This document shows positions 45,990-59,147 of a stretch of 64,000 bases of DNA, piece by piece. Each line of letters starts with the position of its first letter. Position 1 is the first letter of the stretch. Position numbers and translations under genes: made by a program. Source of the DNA: Macrostomum hystrix (lineage: Eukaryota > Animalia > Platyhelminthes); the NCBI GenBank assembly GCA_950097015.1, contig CATNEN010000034.1:3410001-3474000 (forward strand), given 5' to 3'. The notes below the pieces were generated by a model. That model searched no databases. It was not told where the DNA came from and saw only the letters and a program-made list of their open reading frames with translations.

Positions 45990-48003
45990 TCAGGCCTCTG
46001 TGAGGTCGTCGTTGAAGTACAGGTGCAACTGTTGCAGGTGCTTTTCTTCGTCAATCTTCAAATCGTAAAACTCCTCGTCCTCATCCGGGATGTCATTGTC
46101 GGCCAGCGTCTTCTCCATGTCCAGCTCGCGCCTGTCGTATTTCCAGGTGTAGCTCGCCGCGTGGGCGTTGTGCTTGAGGTAGCGCTGCAGAATCTCCTGC
46201 ATGTTCTCCTCTGAGCACACCTGTGCGGAGTGTTTCAGGTGGGGATTTGATCGAAATTCTTTCTTGTTTTTTTCATGAGACTAGAGTGAGATAAGACAGG
46301 GGAGAGATGAGTCACAGAAGTGTTAAGAAAGGGGAGAAATGAGACAGGAAAGAGTTGAGACACGGAGAAACGTGACAGGGGAGAAATGTGACAGTGTAGA
46401 GATTAGACAGAGAGATGAGACAGAAGAGAGATAAGTCAGGAGAGAGATGAGACAGGGGAGAGATGAGACAGGGAAGAGATGAGACAGGGGAGAGATAAGA
46501 CAGGGGAGAAATGTGACAGTGTAGAAGCATCTTATTAGACAGAGAGAGATAGAGAGACAGAGATAGAGAGAGATAGAGAGACAGAGAGAGACAGAGAGAG
46601 AGATTAGACAGAGAGATGAGACAGAAGAGAGATAAGTCAGGGGAGAGATGAGACAGGGGAGAGATGAGACATGGGAGAGATGAGATAGGGGAGAGATGAG
46701 ATAGGGAAGAGTTGAAGCACGGGGAGATGGGACAGGGGAGAAATGTGACAGTGTAGAGATTAGACAGAGAGGTGAGACACGGGAGAGATAAGACAGTGGA
46801 GAGATGAGACAGTGGAGAGAAAAAGCAGGAGAGGGATAAACATAAAAAACTGAACAAAACAAAATATTCCCATGGAAAATAAATAAATGGGATATTCCCA
46901 GTGACGGCCCCTTGGTTCCCAGGCTGACTGCACTGACCTCAATGACCTGCTTCTGCTGAGTCAGCGTGTTGATGACGCGCACGAATCGCGTCTTGACGCT
47001 CAGCAGGCCGATGCAGTAGGAGGCTTCGTCGCGCCACCAGGGCCGGCCAAAGTCGTTGCTCCAGTCGGCGCTGGGGTAGGGCGGAGCCACGTGCACGAAG
47101 CGGCCGTGCGGCGTGTAGGGCAAGCGGCAGCCGGACACTGGATCCGTGTGGGTGCGGACGTCGCGCGTTTTCGGATCGAACCAGTGCGAGATGTCCTTGC
47201 CGGCGTTAGAAATAATCGGCTTTAGAAGGATAGAGCCTGGTTTTTTTAAAATTAGACTTGTGTAGTGAATAAAAACTTGCTATTAATTTCAATCAATCTG
47301 CTTCATAAAGCAATATCTGATTATGTTGTTTAAACAGAGGTGCATATTCGTTGTGGCTTTATGATTAAAATGACTTTAATTTACTGTAATGACTACGGAA
47401 TAAATAATATAATCTAAGGCTGAAACCTAAAGCACAATCCAATAGCTGTAATTCTAAATACATAGATAGTGGATTATAATTCATCGATTTAGCAATTTTT
47501 TCTCTTTTATGTACTATAAAATATTTTTTTTGAATACATCTTTTTACAATGGGTTTAATCAAATGTAATCTTTGCCAAGTAAAAATCAATATACTAGCTA
47601 GAATGTTTTATACACAGCAATATTTACTGCTGTGATCAAAATTATACTTATGAATATTGTCTGACTATTAGGTTTTATGTAGCTAACTTAACTTTATCTT
47701 TTTGTCACCATCCATTTTAATGGATATAATACAATGAAAAGCAAAAATTTCATAATAAATCCCAGAATAATTGTACCTTTTGTTCTCTTTTATTCTTTAT
47801 TGAATGCCTCATTCTTTATTTCAGCTCTCTAAGATACGATATCTTAGCAAAAAATATTTTACTATAATCTTACCTTGATGCTTGTAACACAATGTAGTCA
47901 AATCATAAACCTTTCCAAGGAAGGAAACCCACAAGCTGTCAACTGTGTTGTGGATGGCAACTTCGTTAGGAGTGAAGTATTTCGGCCTTGTTTTGAGCGT
48001 CAT
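45990..48003 (-). CDS. CYB5D1: Cytochrome b5 domain-containing protein 1 (219 aa)
   Basis: Exons 48003-47874, 47236-46938 and 46220-45990 splice in frame: [11 protein letters not shown]...[13 protein letters not shown]...[10 protein letters not shown]...PHGRF...PWW...IGLLS...NTLT...VCSEE...[16 protein letters not shown]...[12 protein letters not shown]. Confidence 0.95.
46280..46830. repeat. Purine-rich (GA/GACA) low-complexity intronic repeat
   Basis: gagagatgagacagggg-type motifs in CYB5D1 intron 2, including a duplicated ~150-bp block. Confidence 0.85.
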
Positions 48004-48309
48004 CCTAAAAATCTTTTTTTGTGTTTCGAGTAAGAGCTGGATAATACCCAAAAAACCCTTTAAATGGCTTTAATAAAGAGACGAAAAAATTATGTCAAGA
48101 TTTACGTTAAAAGTTGTACTGTTGAAATCAGTCGTAGCAACGACTATGTAAAACAAAATAGGCATAGTTACGAAAATTTTCATTTTGGCGCGAATTCAAC
48201 TACGAACTATCCCCACATTTTATATACCTGCCGATTGATCGCGCGCTGTCGGTGTCTTTTATTGTAGCTGTATAAGTGTCAAGATTATTCTTAATCTAGC
48301 TCAAATACA
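48004..48309. promoter_or_regulatory. Probable bidirectional promoter between CYB5D1 and the CFAP97D-like gene; X-box-like half site
   Basis: Only 306 bp separate the divergent ATGs. gtcgtagcaac at 48131-48141 matches the RGYAAC half of the RFX X-box. Confidence 0.5.
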
Positions 48310-49813
48310 ATGCACCGCTCACACTACAATCTCTTTCCTTGCCAAAACAGGCTTCTGCAAATGCAATATGACCGAGCTGCATACCAACGACACATGGAAG
48401 GGGTAATGCAAAAATGTTTTTACCGTGTATATACGTTTATTTTTATGAGCCTTATTGAACATTATTTTAAATAATTTGGTAATCTGAACAGTTGAAGCTT
48501 CGAAGTTGCGATCAAAGTTTTAATTTTACTTTTTTACAAAACAACGATGCTGTACAACTAACAATGCACATGATATACTAATGGTCACAAGTTTCATGTT
48601 TCATGTTTCATTTAACTTTCTAACAAAACCATAGCCCTAATCTAGCCATGCAATTGCATCTAAAGTTTAAACGACAAATAAATACTAATTTTAGTTCCTA
48701 AAAAGTTGTCGGCTATGATTTTTTTGTTTCATTGATCAGAAGAAAAGAAACATGTACTGCCTGAAAAAATACACTAACTTTCATTATTACAGTACTAGGA
48801 AACACTGTATCGCTCTCCTATTAAAGTAACACTTTTGGTACCTTGCAAGTTTTTAGCCATGATATACATAGCATGTAGGCAGATTAAATAATTAAGAAAC
48901 TAACTTGCCTTAATTAAATACAGTTGCGAAAGGCTCGCCCGAAGGTGGACACGAGCTCGCCGCAGACCTTCATTCACCTGCACTTGAAGCCGAAGAAGCT
49001 GCAACTTGAAGAGGAGCGACTGGCCATCATCGAGCGAGACAACCGCCTGCTGCTAGAGAAGATGTCCACCATTATGCGCAAGCAGGGCCGGGTGGACAAT
49101 GTCAATAATTATGAACCAAGAAGGTGCGATTTTGAATTTTCAACGTAATTTCTGTACTTACCTTTTTATCGACAATACATTCTACGTTGTTGTGAATGAT
49201 CAACAGAATTTAATCAACGAGTCGAGTGGGTATTCCCACTGTGTTTCTAAAAATAGCAACAAGCCAGGCCTCATCGAACTCGGCCAATCATGACGCCTTG
49301 CTCAACTCTAACATCCCCGCTCCTCCTCGCAGTCTGAACCGGGAGAAGCGACAGCGCGAGCTCATGAAGGTGACGCGTGACAACAAGGGCATGATGGAGC
49401 GCATCATCAGCCGCTCCAGCATGCGGCAGGAGCGCGAATGGGAGGCCGACTGGCAGCGAAACCTGGCCTTCATGGACAGCATCAGCCGCTACCCGACTGG
49501 CTGGTGGGAGAAGGTGAGAGAATGACCGGGGAACTCGAAAAAAGTCACTGAGCCAGTAGGCGCTTTTGAAACGATCTCCAACTCTCTAATCCAAATTTTT
49601 TTAAATCAGGAGAAAACTTCAACGTCGATGCAGTCGCAAAACCGCGCCGGAAACAACAGCGGCAGCGGCAGCGGCAACGGTCGCGCCTCAAAGCCATCGG
49701 GCGGCGGCAGAAAGGAGGGCCGCGGCTACGACAGCGCCAGCTTCGAATCGGCCGCCGAGGGTGACAAAAATGAGAAGAGCGGCGACAGCGAACGTCGGGA
49801 TAGCGAGCAGTGA
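48310..49813 (+). CDS. CFAP97D2: CFAP97 domain-containing protein (KIAA1430/hemingway family, CFAP97D1/D2-like), 225 aa
   Basis: Exons 48310-48402, 48924-49123, 49333-49513 and 49610-49813 splice in frame: MHRS...PCQNRLLQ...ARPKVDTSSP...HLHLKPKKLQLEEERLAIIERDNRLLLEKM...SLNREKRQRELMKVTRDN. D1 versus D2 assignment is uncertain. Confidence 0.82.
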
Positions 49814-51756
49814 TGGACCAGATGGAGTGCTAGATTGTACCCTCACTACCATGAGCGCATCTTATCCCCATATGGCATTGAGTTCGTGAGATCTCGCAGG
49901 CCGCTCAATTCGTTCTAAAAATGGTGTCATCGAGGTCTCGTCGTGCTCCGGTATCTAGGCGAGGGTAGATCGATTAAAATTCCCATGGGATAAAGCTTTT
50001 TGTCTCTCATCTTCCAAGTCTAATTTACAGTCTAGGAAGCGGTAGTTTTGCTACAGTTCCTACGTCCCGATTCTGTTCACAAATTCCTTTCCAGGCCTAC
50101 CGTAGCAACCAATTTCCACCCGCCTGGCAACCGTTTGCTAGCAGGCTTTTTGACATCTGTACAATGCAGTGCACTTGTGGAAACTTAGTCTAAGCATTTT
50201 ATGGATGAGGCGGGATTTTGCTATGAAACAGTGGAAGATTAGCAAATAATTCATAATTATCCCTCCATCCCTCTACTCCCCATCTCTCACCTGGCTCTCA
50301 GTTGGAAATTATTTTTTTGCCATTTTGCCTTGCCATGTCCAGCCTTTCCTTAACAAGCCTGCTTTTGTCTATCGCCAGACCCACAGCTGAAAGAAACATT
50401 TAGCACCTTTTGCATGCTGCTTTTTTAAGAAGAAATCGGCAATATACTTATTCTTGTCACGTTCTACTGAGCCTTTTATTGTTTTACATCTGATTACCAG
50501 AAATCTTGTCGAACAACTGAAATTATAGTTTTTCACCCAGCTTCTTTTTCTGTTTTTCTTTATCGGTAGCACCGAGTTTTCTTTGGCTGCAATGCTACTG
50601 CACAACTGCTGATGTGTTTTTTAAGTTTTTTTACACATATTTGCTTTAGCCAAGCGGATGATCACTTCCAGGAGATCGTGAAAACCAGCAGACAAAGGTT
50701 TTTTGTGATTTGATGTTTACTGCCTTGTTTTTTTCCAATGAAGCACTTGAATAACTGTGCCACACAAATACACAATTGGACGATGCTTGTTAAATAGAAG
50801 CTTTGAATTCGTTCAGAAAAGCGAAATCGCAAAGTTTCCATGATGTTTCTCAAACAATCGTATTTTCTTAGCACTGAAAATAAAATTTTGATACGAGGAC
50901 TTGAGTGGCGGAGGGGTGACTCTTGCACCGAAGTCCTAAACTCGAATCCGCGGCTAGGCCAAATAGATTTTCGGCCCAGCCACGGAGAGTATATATGCAA
51001 CTTGCACCCATGAGGGCCAACGCCAATGGGCAGAATAGGCCTGTCGCTGACCGTGGGTCACTAAATGATAAGCATTACAATTTACAATTGCTTGTATCAA
51101 CACAAATATTTTCCAATACCCATGAAACTGAGAAGCCTTTGACTGTTCTCAAATCTGTAAATGTCATCAAGGGATAGATTTGACCAGAATTTTTATGATA
51201 AATCTGCAGTTTATAGCCGAGCAGATTGGTAGAAGTAAAGAGTTTTGCAAATGCCCTACTATTAGTAGAATGTAATTCAATTTCAAAAGTCCAATCATCT
51301 AAAAGGCTCAAAAAGCATTTCGATCTCTACATGCCTCAGAGTCTACTCATAAAAACGCGTGATTCGCTGCCAAAGCTATCCATAGCAACGCCTTGACAAC
51401 CAATGTTTGAGTAGACATAGGGTTGGGGCTGTAAAAGAGCGAAGAGCAGTGCCGCTTGGGCTTAATTAAACTGCTAGCAACAAACTGCCAAACAAACAGA
51501 GAGATAAGAAACTTTCAAATTATTAGTAGAGACCTCAGTGTTTGAGTTAGAGCTGAAAGTCTAGCAGAGTTTAATTAAGAGAAAATTGCTTTTAAACAAT
51601 CAGGTGGATCGTGTAATCGAATTTTTAAACTCTGGACGAAGGTGAATCAACAAGCAACCAGTGTCAACTACTCTTGAAGATAACATGCTAGGCCCCAAGG
51701 TACCAGAAGCCACGGAGTTACCGGTAAGTTAATTGACTAAGAGGTCAATTATCGAG

Positions 51757-52966
51757 TGACTGGGAAATGGGTTGCAGCTCATATAGTGTCTGAGAAATGG
51801 GTTGCAGCTCGCACAGTGACTGGGAAATGGGTTGCAGCTCGCACAGTGACTGGGAAATGGGTTGCAGCTCGCATAGTGACTGGGAAATAGGTTGCAGCTC
51901 ATATAGTGTCTGAGAAATGGGTTGCAGCTCGCATAGTGACTGGGAAATGGGTTGCAGCTCATATAGTGTCTGGGAAATGGGTTGCAGCTCGCATAGTGAC
52001 TGGGAAATGGGTTGCAGCTCGCATAGTGACTGGGAAATAGGTTGCAGCTCATATAGTGTCTGAGAAATGGTAGTGTCTGGGAAATTGGTTGCAGCTCGCA
52101 TAGTGACTGGGAAATGGGTTGCAGCTCGCATAGTGTCTGGGAAATGGGTTGCAGCTCGCACAGTGACTGGGAAATGGGTTGCAGCTCGCATAGTGTCTGA
52201 GAAATGGGTTGCAGCTCATATAGTGACTGGAAAATGGGTTGCAGCTCATATAGTGACTGGGAAATGGGTTGCAGCTCATATAGTGTCTGGGAAATGGGTT
52301 GCATCTCGCATAGTGTCTGGGAAATGGGTTGCAGCTCGCATAGTGTCTGGGAAATTGGTTGCAGCTCGCATAGTGTCTGAGAAATGGGTTGCAGCTCGCA
52401 TAGTGACTGGAAAATGGTTTGCAGCTCGCATAGTGACTGGGAAATGGGTTGCAGCTCATATAGTGTCTGGGAAATGGGTTGCAGCTCATATAGTGACTGG
52501 GAAATGGGTTGCAGCTCATATAGTGTCTGGGAAATGGGTTGCAGCTCATATAGTGTCTGGGAAATTGGTTGCAGCTCGCATAGTGACTGGGAAATGGGTT
52601 GCAGCTCGCATAGTGTCTGGGAAATGGGTTGCAGCTCGCACAGTGACTGGGAAATGGGTTGCAGCTCGCATAGTGTCTGAGAAATGGGTTGCAGCTCATA
52701 TAGTGACTGGAAAATGGGTTGCAGCTCATATAGTGACTGGGAAATGGGTTGCAGCTCATATAGTGTCTGGGAAATGGGTTGCATCTCGCATAGTGTCTGG
52801 GAAATGGGTTGCAGCTCGCATAGTGTCTGGGAAATTGGTTGCAGCTCGCATAGTGACTGGGAAATGGGTTGCAGCTCGCATAGTGACTGGGAAATGGGTT
52901 GCAGCTCGCATAGTGTCTGAGAAATGGGTTGCAGCTCGCATAGTGACTGGGAAATGGGTTGCTCGT
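51757..52966. repeat. 30-bp minisatellite (gggaaatgggttgcagctcgcatagtgact)
   Basis: About 40 copies with one internal phase break near 52065. Confidence 0.96.
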
Positions 52967-53334
52967 GGGTAAAGTTCTACGGTGGCCCTATATGATGCAT
53001 GCTATTTTATGCTATAGATAGAGTTAGCTGAAATCAAGCAGACAAAGCGGAACTTCCCTCTTTTTGGCAATCTGTTTCGGCATATCCCTCAGATTCCCCA
53101 GCTAGCAGATGTTGCACAGGAGTTCATTTAGCATCCCGTCTCATCTTTTCCCGCGCAGATACGGATGGGTGATTCCATCGGTTTTCATCAGGCCGAATAG
53201 ATTGAATTTTTAAAGCGGCACTATCCTTGTTTCCTGACGAATTCAATGAATTCAATGCACACTAAAAAACAGAAATATTTAAAGTGATCTTAATTTAAAA
53301 TACATATGTGAGCCCTCTGAATAGTTGCAGGCTT

Positions 53335-53495
53335 TGTATCTGTATCTGTATCTGTATCTGTATCTGTATCTGTATCTGTATCTGTATCTGTATCTGTATC
53401 TGTAACTGTATCTGTATCTGTATCTGTATCTGTATCTGTATCTGTATCTGTATCTGTATCTGTATCTGTATCTGTATCTGTAACTGTATCTGTAT
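53335..53495. repeat. (TGTATC)n hexanucleotide microsatellite
   Basis: About 26 copies with two tgtaac interruptions. Confidence 0.97.
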
Positions 53496-53725
53496 CACGT
53501 GTATCAGAAAGTGACTTGCTCAAGGACCGTAATTTGCTCACTCACTTTGGATATTCAGCCCCTGATCTGCTCTTTGAACTGTACTGTTAACGCTTGTTCC
53601 TCTCTTTCATAGAAATATTGATGCCTGTGCGAAATATACCACAGATCCTGAAGGTGGCCCATGACAGACCAAAACGCGTTGGAATCTATTAGACAATCTA
53701 TGCTGCTTATCGCATTCACTCACAG

Positions 53726-56700
53726 AAGACCTACCTGGACGAGCTGCCGTACTACTCGAGCTACCAGCTGGCGGAAAATGAGGTTCCTCTGGCCAGGTAC
53801 CTGCTGCCGTCCGATCCCAGCGAGGTGCAGCGAGGCGTCGAGCACGGCCGCTTCCCGACGCTGACCAACCTCGCCCGCCTGCAGCGCCAGCTCGGCCAGC
53901 CGCCCAATCCGTCGGGCGACAAAGCGAACGAGTCGCCGCCGGCGCCGTTTCCGCCGCGTCGCACAAAGGCGGAGCTGCTCGGCTCGACTGACTTCAGCGC
54001 CACGGACGAGTTCGCCAGGTCGGTGACGCTGCAGCCAAGCGACGACTGGGAGCGGCTGGCACAACGGCTGTTCGAGCGGAGCCGCAGCAACCTGGACAAG
54101 GTGCGGGCGGCCTTCTGCTTCGTCTGCACGCACAGGGACCTGCCCGAAGCCGATGGGGAGTCGCCAGCCTACCGAGCCATCAGGCTCCGAAGTCAGGAAA
54201 TTTTATTTGAGACTATTCTCAAGTTAGTGCTTAAAAATTATGTTCTCATTTCTCAGTCTCAGAAAGTTGATTATGTTTTTGGACCCACAGACCGAAGCAT
54301 TTGTTTTTTTCAGCTGCGGCAATGTGCCGAATAAAAAAATTTACGGCTACAAAAAAGCAATCGGCTACGAGTCCGGCTTGAAAGCCAGTTTTGGAGGCCA
54401 CTGGTTTGCCTGCTACGTGGAGGGCGAGTGGCGCTTCGTGGACCCGCACTGGGGCGCCATCGCAGTGCAGAACTATGACTCCGGCAGGTATGGCGCCATC
54501 GATGACAAGGGCCGGGTCGGAAGCGCCAGGGAGCGCAAGGGACAGAACGTTTTTCACTGCGACGAATTTTGGTTCCTGACGGACCCCGAAAAGATGATCG
54601 TCAGTCACTGCCCGCCACAGGATCTTCTTGATTGGCAGCTGCTGGCTAGACCAGTCACCATCGAGGAGTTCGAGTTGATGCCTCGTTATTTTTCGGGAAC
54701 TGCCAAGGAAATGGAATTCTTTCAGCTGGAGCCGATAAACTATCCGAAGAATGTCATCGTTTCTAAGCCGGGACCCATTGAGATTCTGCTCAAAGAGACG
54801 GGAGGCCAACAGTACATGTACAGCAGGGAGCTAAAGATTCATAAAAAGCACATCAGTGACGAGTCGAAGACGGCAATCTTGAGCGCCTATCAACAGAAAG
54901 CCTGTGTCAGCAAGGAGATTCGTGTTTCTGACAACACTGTCAAGTTCCTGTTTGAGCCGCCTTGTCCGGGGCAGTACGCCTTGTCAATCGCACTCTGGCG
55001 CCACGTATCAGAGACACATCTAACTGGGTGCAACTTTGTCACCTACACTGTCCACTGTCCTCAAATCTGGGAATCTGCCGACGTCATCCCAGAAGGAAAT
55101 ACTGCTCTGGACGAGTTCGGCCCTGGAAGAAACCTTCGTCAAGTTGGGCTCACCTCAAAAGAGTCGGGCAAGCTGAAGGCAGAAGACGGCGAGGTGGCTC
55201 TTGAAATAACGTCGCTGGTGAAAGACGAAGGTTCAAACAACAAGCGGTGAGCCTGGCTGTTCGCTTCAATCTCAAATCTTACAACGGTTTTCAGTAAACT
55301 TAAAAAACAAAACAAAAAACTAAATCTTCCAGAAACCTGACATGCCAGGCGCTGGGCCCAGATAATCAGCCACTGCCTGCCGGCAGCGTGCTGGTATGGC
55401 GCGATGAGAGTCGCAACGCCTTCCTGTTCCTGGCTCCGGACTCCGGCTACTACGCTCTGGTGCTGTACGAGAGGGGTCGACCCGTGGGCCAGTTCCTGGT
55501 GGATGCCAGCAGCGAGGCGAAGGACGGTGGCAGCTTCCCGATGCCCGACTGGGACCGCGTCGGCGGGTTGGGGTTCGCTACTGACGCAGCGAGTAGAGGC
55601 CGTCGGCTGATTCCACTAAGCCACCCGACACCGTATGTTCGCACGGAGGAGTCAGATCTAACGATACAATTCGGCTTCGAAGGCAGTGGCAACGAACGCG
55701 GCATCGAGCTGAGGGCGGAGATGCTCGTGGTCGGAGCGGATAGCTCAACGGAGCCCCTGACTGATTTCTGTCTCGTGAGCGGCATTGAGGAAGGCGGATA
55801 CGAAGTTCGCTGCCGATTTCCCCGCGCCGGCCACTACCTACTGCGCCTGACTTCGCGAGAGGGTGGAGGCGACTGGCGACTGTTCTACACGTACTTCGTG
55901 CGAGCTATCGGACAACTGGACGGCTCCGCGGCTGCGTTTCCTCGCCTCGCACACGACTGGCCGGCCGGAGGGGCTCTCTTGGAGCCGCTGGACCGCACGC
56001 TGCCAGTCGGACTGCCGACTCCGTTCCGCATTCGCCTAGGAGACTCGACGGCGACTGCGATCGATGGCGTCGAGATTCTCGACGAGCGGAGCGGACACCG
56101 AGAGGCGCTGAGACGTGACCCAGCCGATCCGCGACTGTGGGTCGGGTCTGTGACTGCTCAAGGTGGAGACAGTGCTGACGCTGAAGACGACAAAGGTGGT
56201 GGCGTGACGGTTGTTGCGAGACTCGAAGGCGGCACGGAGGTGGAGCTGGTGAAGCTGGACATCGAGTCGAAGGCCAGTGCCGAAGCCAAAGCGGCCGCTT
56301 TGCGCGAAGCTGAGTCGCTGAACGAGCGACGAGAGGCGTTAGAGGAGAATCGGAAGCGGAAGCAGGAGAACCGACGACGCAAGGACGAGGGCCTCGAGCC
56401 ACTCCCTATTAAGGTAAGCTACCACCGACTTTAGCTGTCTGTACTTGGACGTGCATTCTCAAAGAAGATTATAAACTAAAAATTTGTACGTTTCAGGATG
56501 CCGCAGAAATCTCTGCTGAAGCGGAGGCTGCTGCGAAAGCGGCTGCTGAAGCGGAGGCTGCTGCGAAAGCGGCTGCTGAAGCGGAGGCTGCTGCGAAAGC
56601 GGCTGCTGAAGCGGAGGCTGTAGCAGAGGCCGCTGCTGCAGCGGAAGCTGAGAGGGCGCTCGCTCAGATGGAATCAGCAAAGAAGGCGGCCGCAAATGCA

Positions 56701-58718
56701 GAAGTCGCTGGGCAGAAAATGGCCGAGTCGAAGGCGGCTCTGAGCTCGGCGTCAAAGGCGGAAACTGCGGCTGCCAGTGCGGCTCAGTCGGTTGCGCGGT
56801 TGGCGGGAGACTCCGATGTTGCCGCAAAGAATGCAGCCGAGGCGGAGATGGCAGCTAAAGCGGCTGCCCAGGCTGGATCGGCTGTCCAAGCCATGGAGGC
56901 TGCGAAGTCGGCAGAAAAGGCAGCGAGTGACGCGGATTCCGCGGCAAAGATGGCTGCAAACTCGGCGGCTGCAGCCCGACAGGCTGCAAACTCAGCTTCA
57001 ATCGCCGACAAGAGTACAAAAGAGTTGTCTGAAGCGGCTAGAAAGGCGGCTTTCACGGCGGCAGCTGAAGCTGAAGCTTCAGGAATGGAGGAAGCAAAGG
57101 CGGCGGCACAGAAGGCAGCTGCAGCGGCTGACGGGGCGGATGCGTCGGCAAAGGCTGCGGCTGAGGCCTCCCGCAAAGCTGGATCAGAAGCAGATGCTGC
57201 CGAGAATCAGTCTGCCAGGGCCGCTGCTCATGCGCAAGCGGCGTCGAAGTCCTTCATCGAGGCAAGCGCTGCCGCAAATGCTGCTGTGGAAGCTGAAGCG
57301 GCGGCAAAGGCGGCGGCAGAAGCGGAGGCCGCTGCAGAGGCGGAGGCAGCCGCTGCGGCAAAGGAGGAAGTGAAGCTGCTGATTGCGCAACTCGACGCGG
57401 CTCTGTTGGACAGGAATCCGGGCCGAGTGCGTAACGCGATCGACGCGCTGGAGCCGCACGAGTCAGATCTGCGGGGCAGCCACGCCAAAAAGATGCGGGA
57501 GGCCCGGCTGACATTGAGGGCGCTGCAAAATAGAAAAAGTGAGAAATAGGCCCAAGTGCAGTAATTCGTGATTCGGTGCGCGACTAATTAGGTCACTAAT
57601 TTAGCTTTCCAGAAGGATAGTTTTAGAAAACTCCATCCTACTCCATCTCTCCGCAGAGCTCCGCGATGCCATGGCGGAAGCTCAGAGGAGCCGCAACACG
57701 CAGCGCCTGCGCACCCTGCTTCACCGCCTGGAGGACGAGGCTGAGCGGGAGCCGCTCACGGAGGCCCAGCTTTCGCTGTTCCGCGAGGATCTCCGTCTCG
57801 CTCGGGAGGCCATCCAGCGGGACGACCGGCTAAAGCGAATGCCGCAGCACCGGCTGGAGATGAACCCCAAGAGCCTCACCGAGCTGCGGCAGTACAGTCG
57901 GCCAGTGGAGGCCGTGCACAAGACTGTGCAAGCGCTGCTGCTTCTGCTGGGCAACTACGAGAAGCGCACCCGGGTGAGGGCCTTGAAAGCAGCTTCAAGT
58001 GCTCGGGCGATTTGAGTCCATGTGGAAACGCGCTCCTGATCATAAATTATTTTGTTTTGTAGAGTGTATTTGGCTCAGTCAGTAGCTATCAGTAGCAGGA
58101 CAGGTATTCACTCAGGCATACAAATGCCAAAATCTTTGACCGTGGCCTGAGAATCGGACTTCAGAACTCTCGATTAGAAGTCCGAAGCTCTAAGTGTTGG
58201 GCTTCAATCTCCCTCATGGAATGTAGTTAGGTAATAAAGTCAAAAAGTGCGCCGACTCGCTAGTGAGAACCCCACCTGAAGTTAACCCCGCCCGCACTCC
58301 ACAGAAATGGCCGCGCTGTCAGCCGCTGTTGAAGAACATCGCGAAGACCGTTGCGGACTTCCAGCCTCATTTCGTTGATTCTCGCATCGCCGCTCGCAGC
58401 CGGGAGATCCTGGACAGCATCGACAAGCGAGAGATCGCGCTGCAGAGCGCAGCTGCCTTTGCCTTCTACGAATGGGTCAGGATTTCAGTGTGCATGCCAA
58501 AACCGTAACTCTCATATAACCACTGCACATTGACCTCGCCGTTACTACAGGCCGTCAAGACCACCGACTCCATCAAGGAGGTCAGCAGTAAGGAGAATTT
58601 CGTGCCGGCCACCATGAAACAGCAGAAGAGCATCCTAGGTGTCGACGAGGAAGAGGACGCGAAGTGGGACTTCGAGGACAAGGGCATCCGCAGGCGGCAA
58701 TCGGTCTTGCCTACTTAA
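53726..58718 (+). CDS. Hillarin/LTD-1/kyphoscoliosis-peptidase-like transglutaminase-domain protein, paralog 1 (>1400 aa)
   Basis: Exons 53726-54222, 54314-55246, 55333-56413, 56497-57538, 57657-57973, 58305-58475 and 58551-58718 are phase-compatible (4209 nt). Motifs: LDKVRAAFCF, IYGYKK, HWFACYVEGEWRFVDPHWGA, DEFWFLTDPE, WQLLARPVTIEEF. First coding exon uncertain (51685-51723 or 53621-53653). Confidence 0.85.
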
Positions 58719-59147
58719 CAATAGACTGAAGGCCTGTGCAGAACGCGCCGTTTTAAACTTACGAGCGTATATATCAGTTTGGTTGATTTGAGTGCCTGCC
58801 TGCCCCATTGCTATGTGTAGCGTCGTCACGTGTACGCCTGGCGCTTCCCCCTTCTCTGTGTGCGTGTTGCATGTGCATTGTGGGGTAGGTGTCGCGTCAG
58901 AGAGAGATAGAGAGAGTGAATGTACGTGCGTGCGACCTATCACTAAGCTTTGAGGGTAAATATGAAGCAACTGTTGGACATAGGCCTCTAAAACCTTTTC
59001 TCTGCCTGTTGTCAGCGATAAAACATTGTCCTAAAGTTTCTGAAAACTTTTTGGTACTTCTCTTCATTTATTGCGTCTAAAGGCACTATCGACATACCTA
59101 AGTCTGGAATAGTCACCTAGCCATACGTATAGCTATTTGGCTTATTA

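Noticed and set aside
51729-52972. ELQPISQTLY / GKWVAARIV repeat ORFs
   Set aside because: Artefacts of the 30-bp satellite, with a phase break inside the array.
53290-53541. DT-repeat, IQ-repeat or Cys-Ile proteins
   Set aside because: Translations of the (TGTATC)n microsatellite.
55450-57514. Multiple antisense ORFs over the hillarin-like, FATP and SDR exons
   Set aside because: Expected shadows of GC-rich coding sequence.
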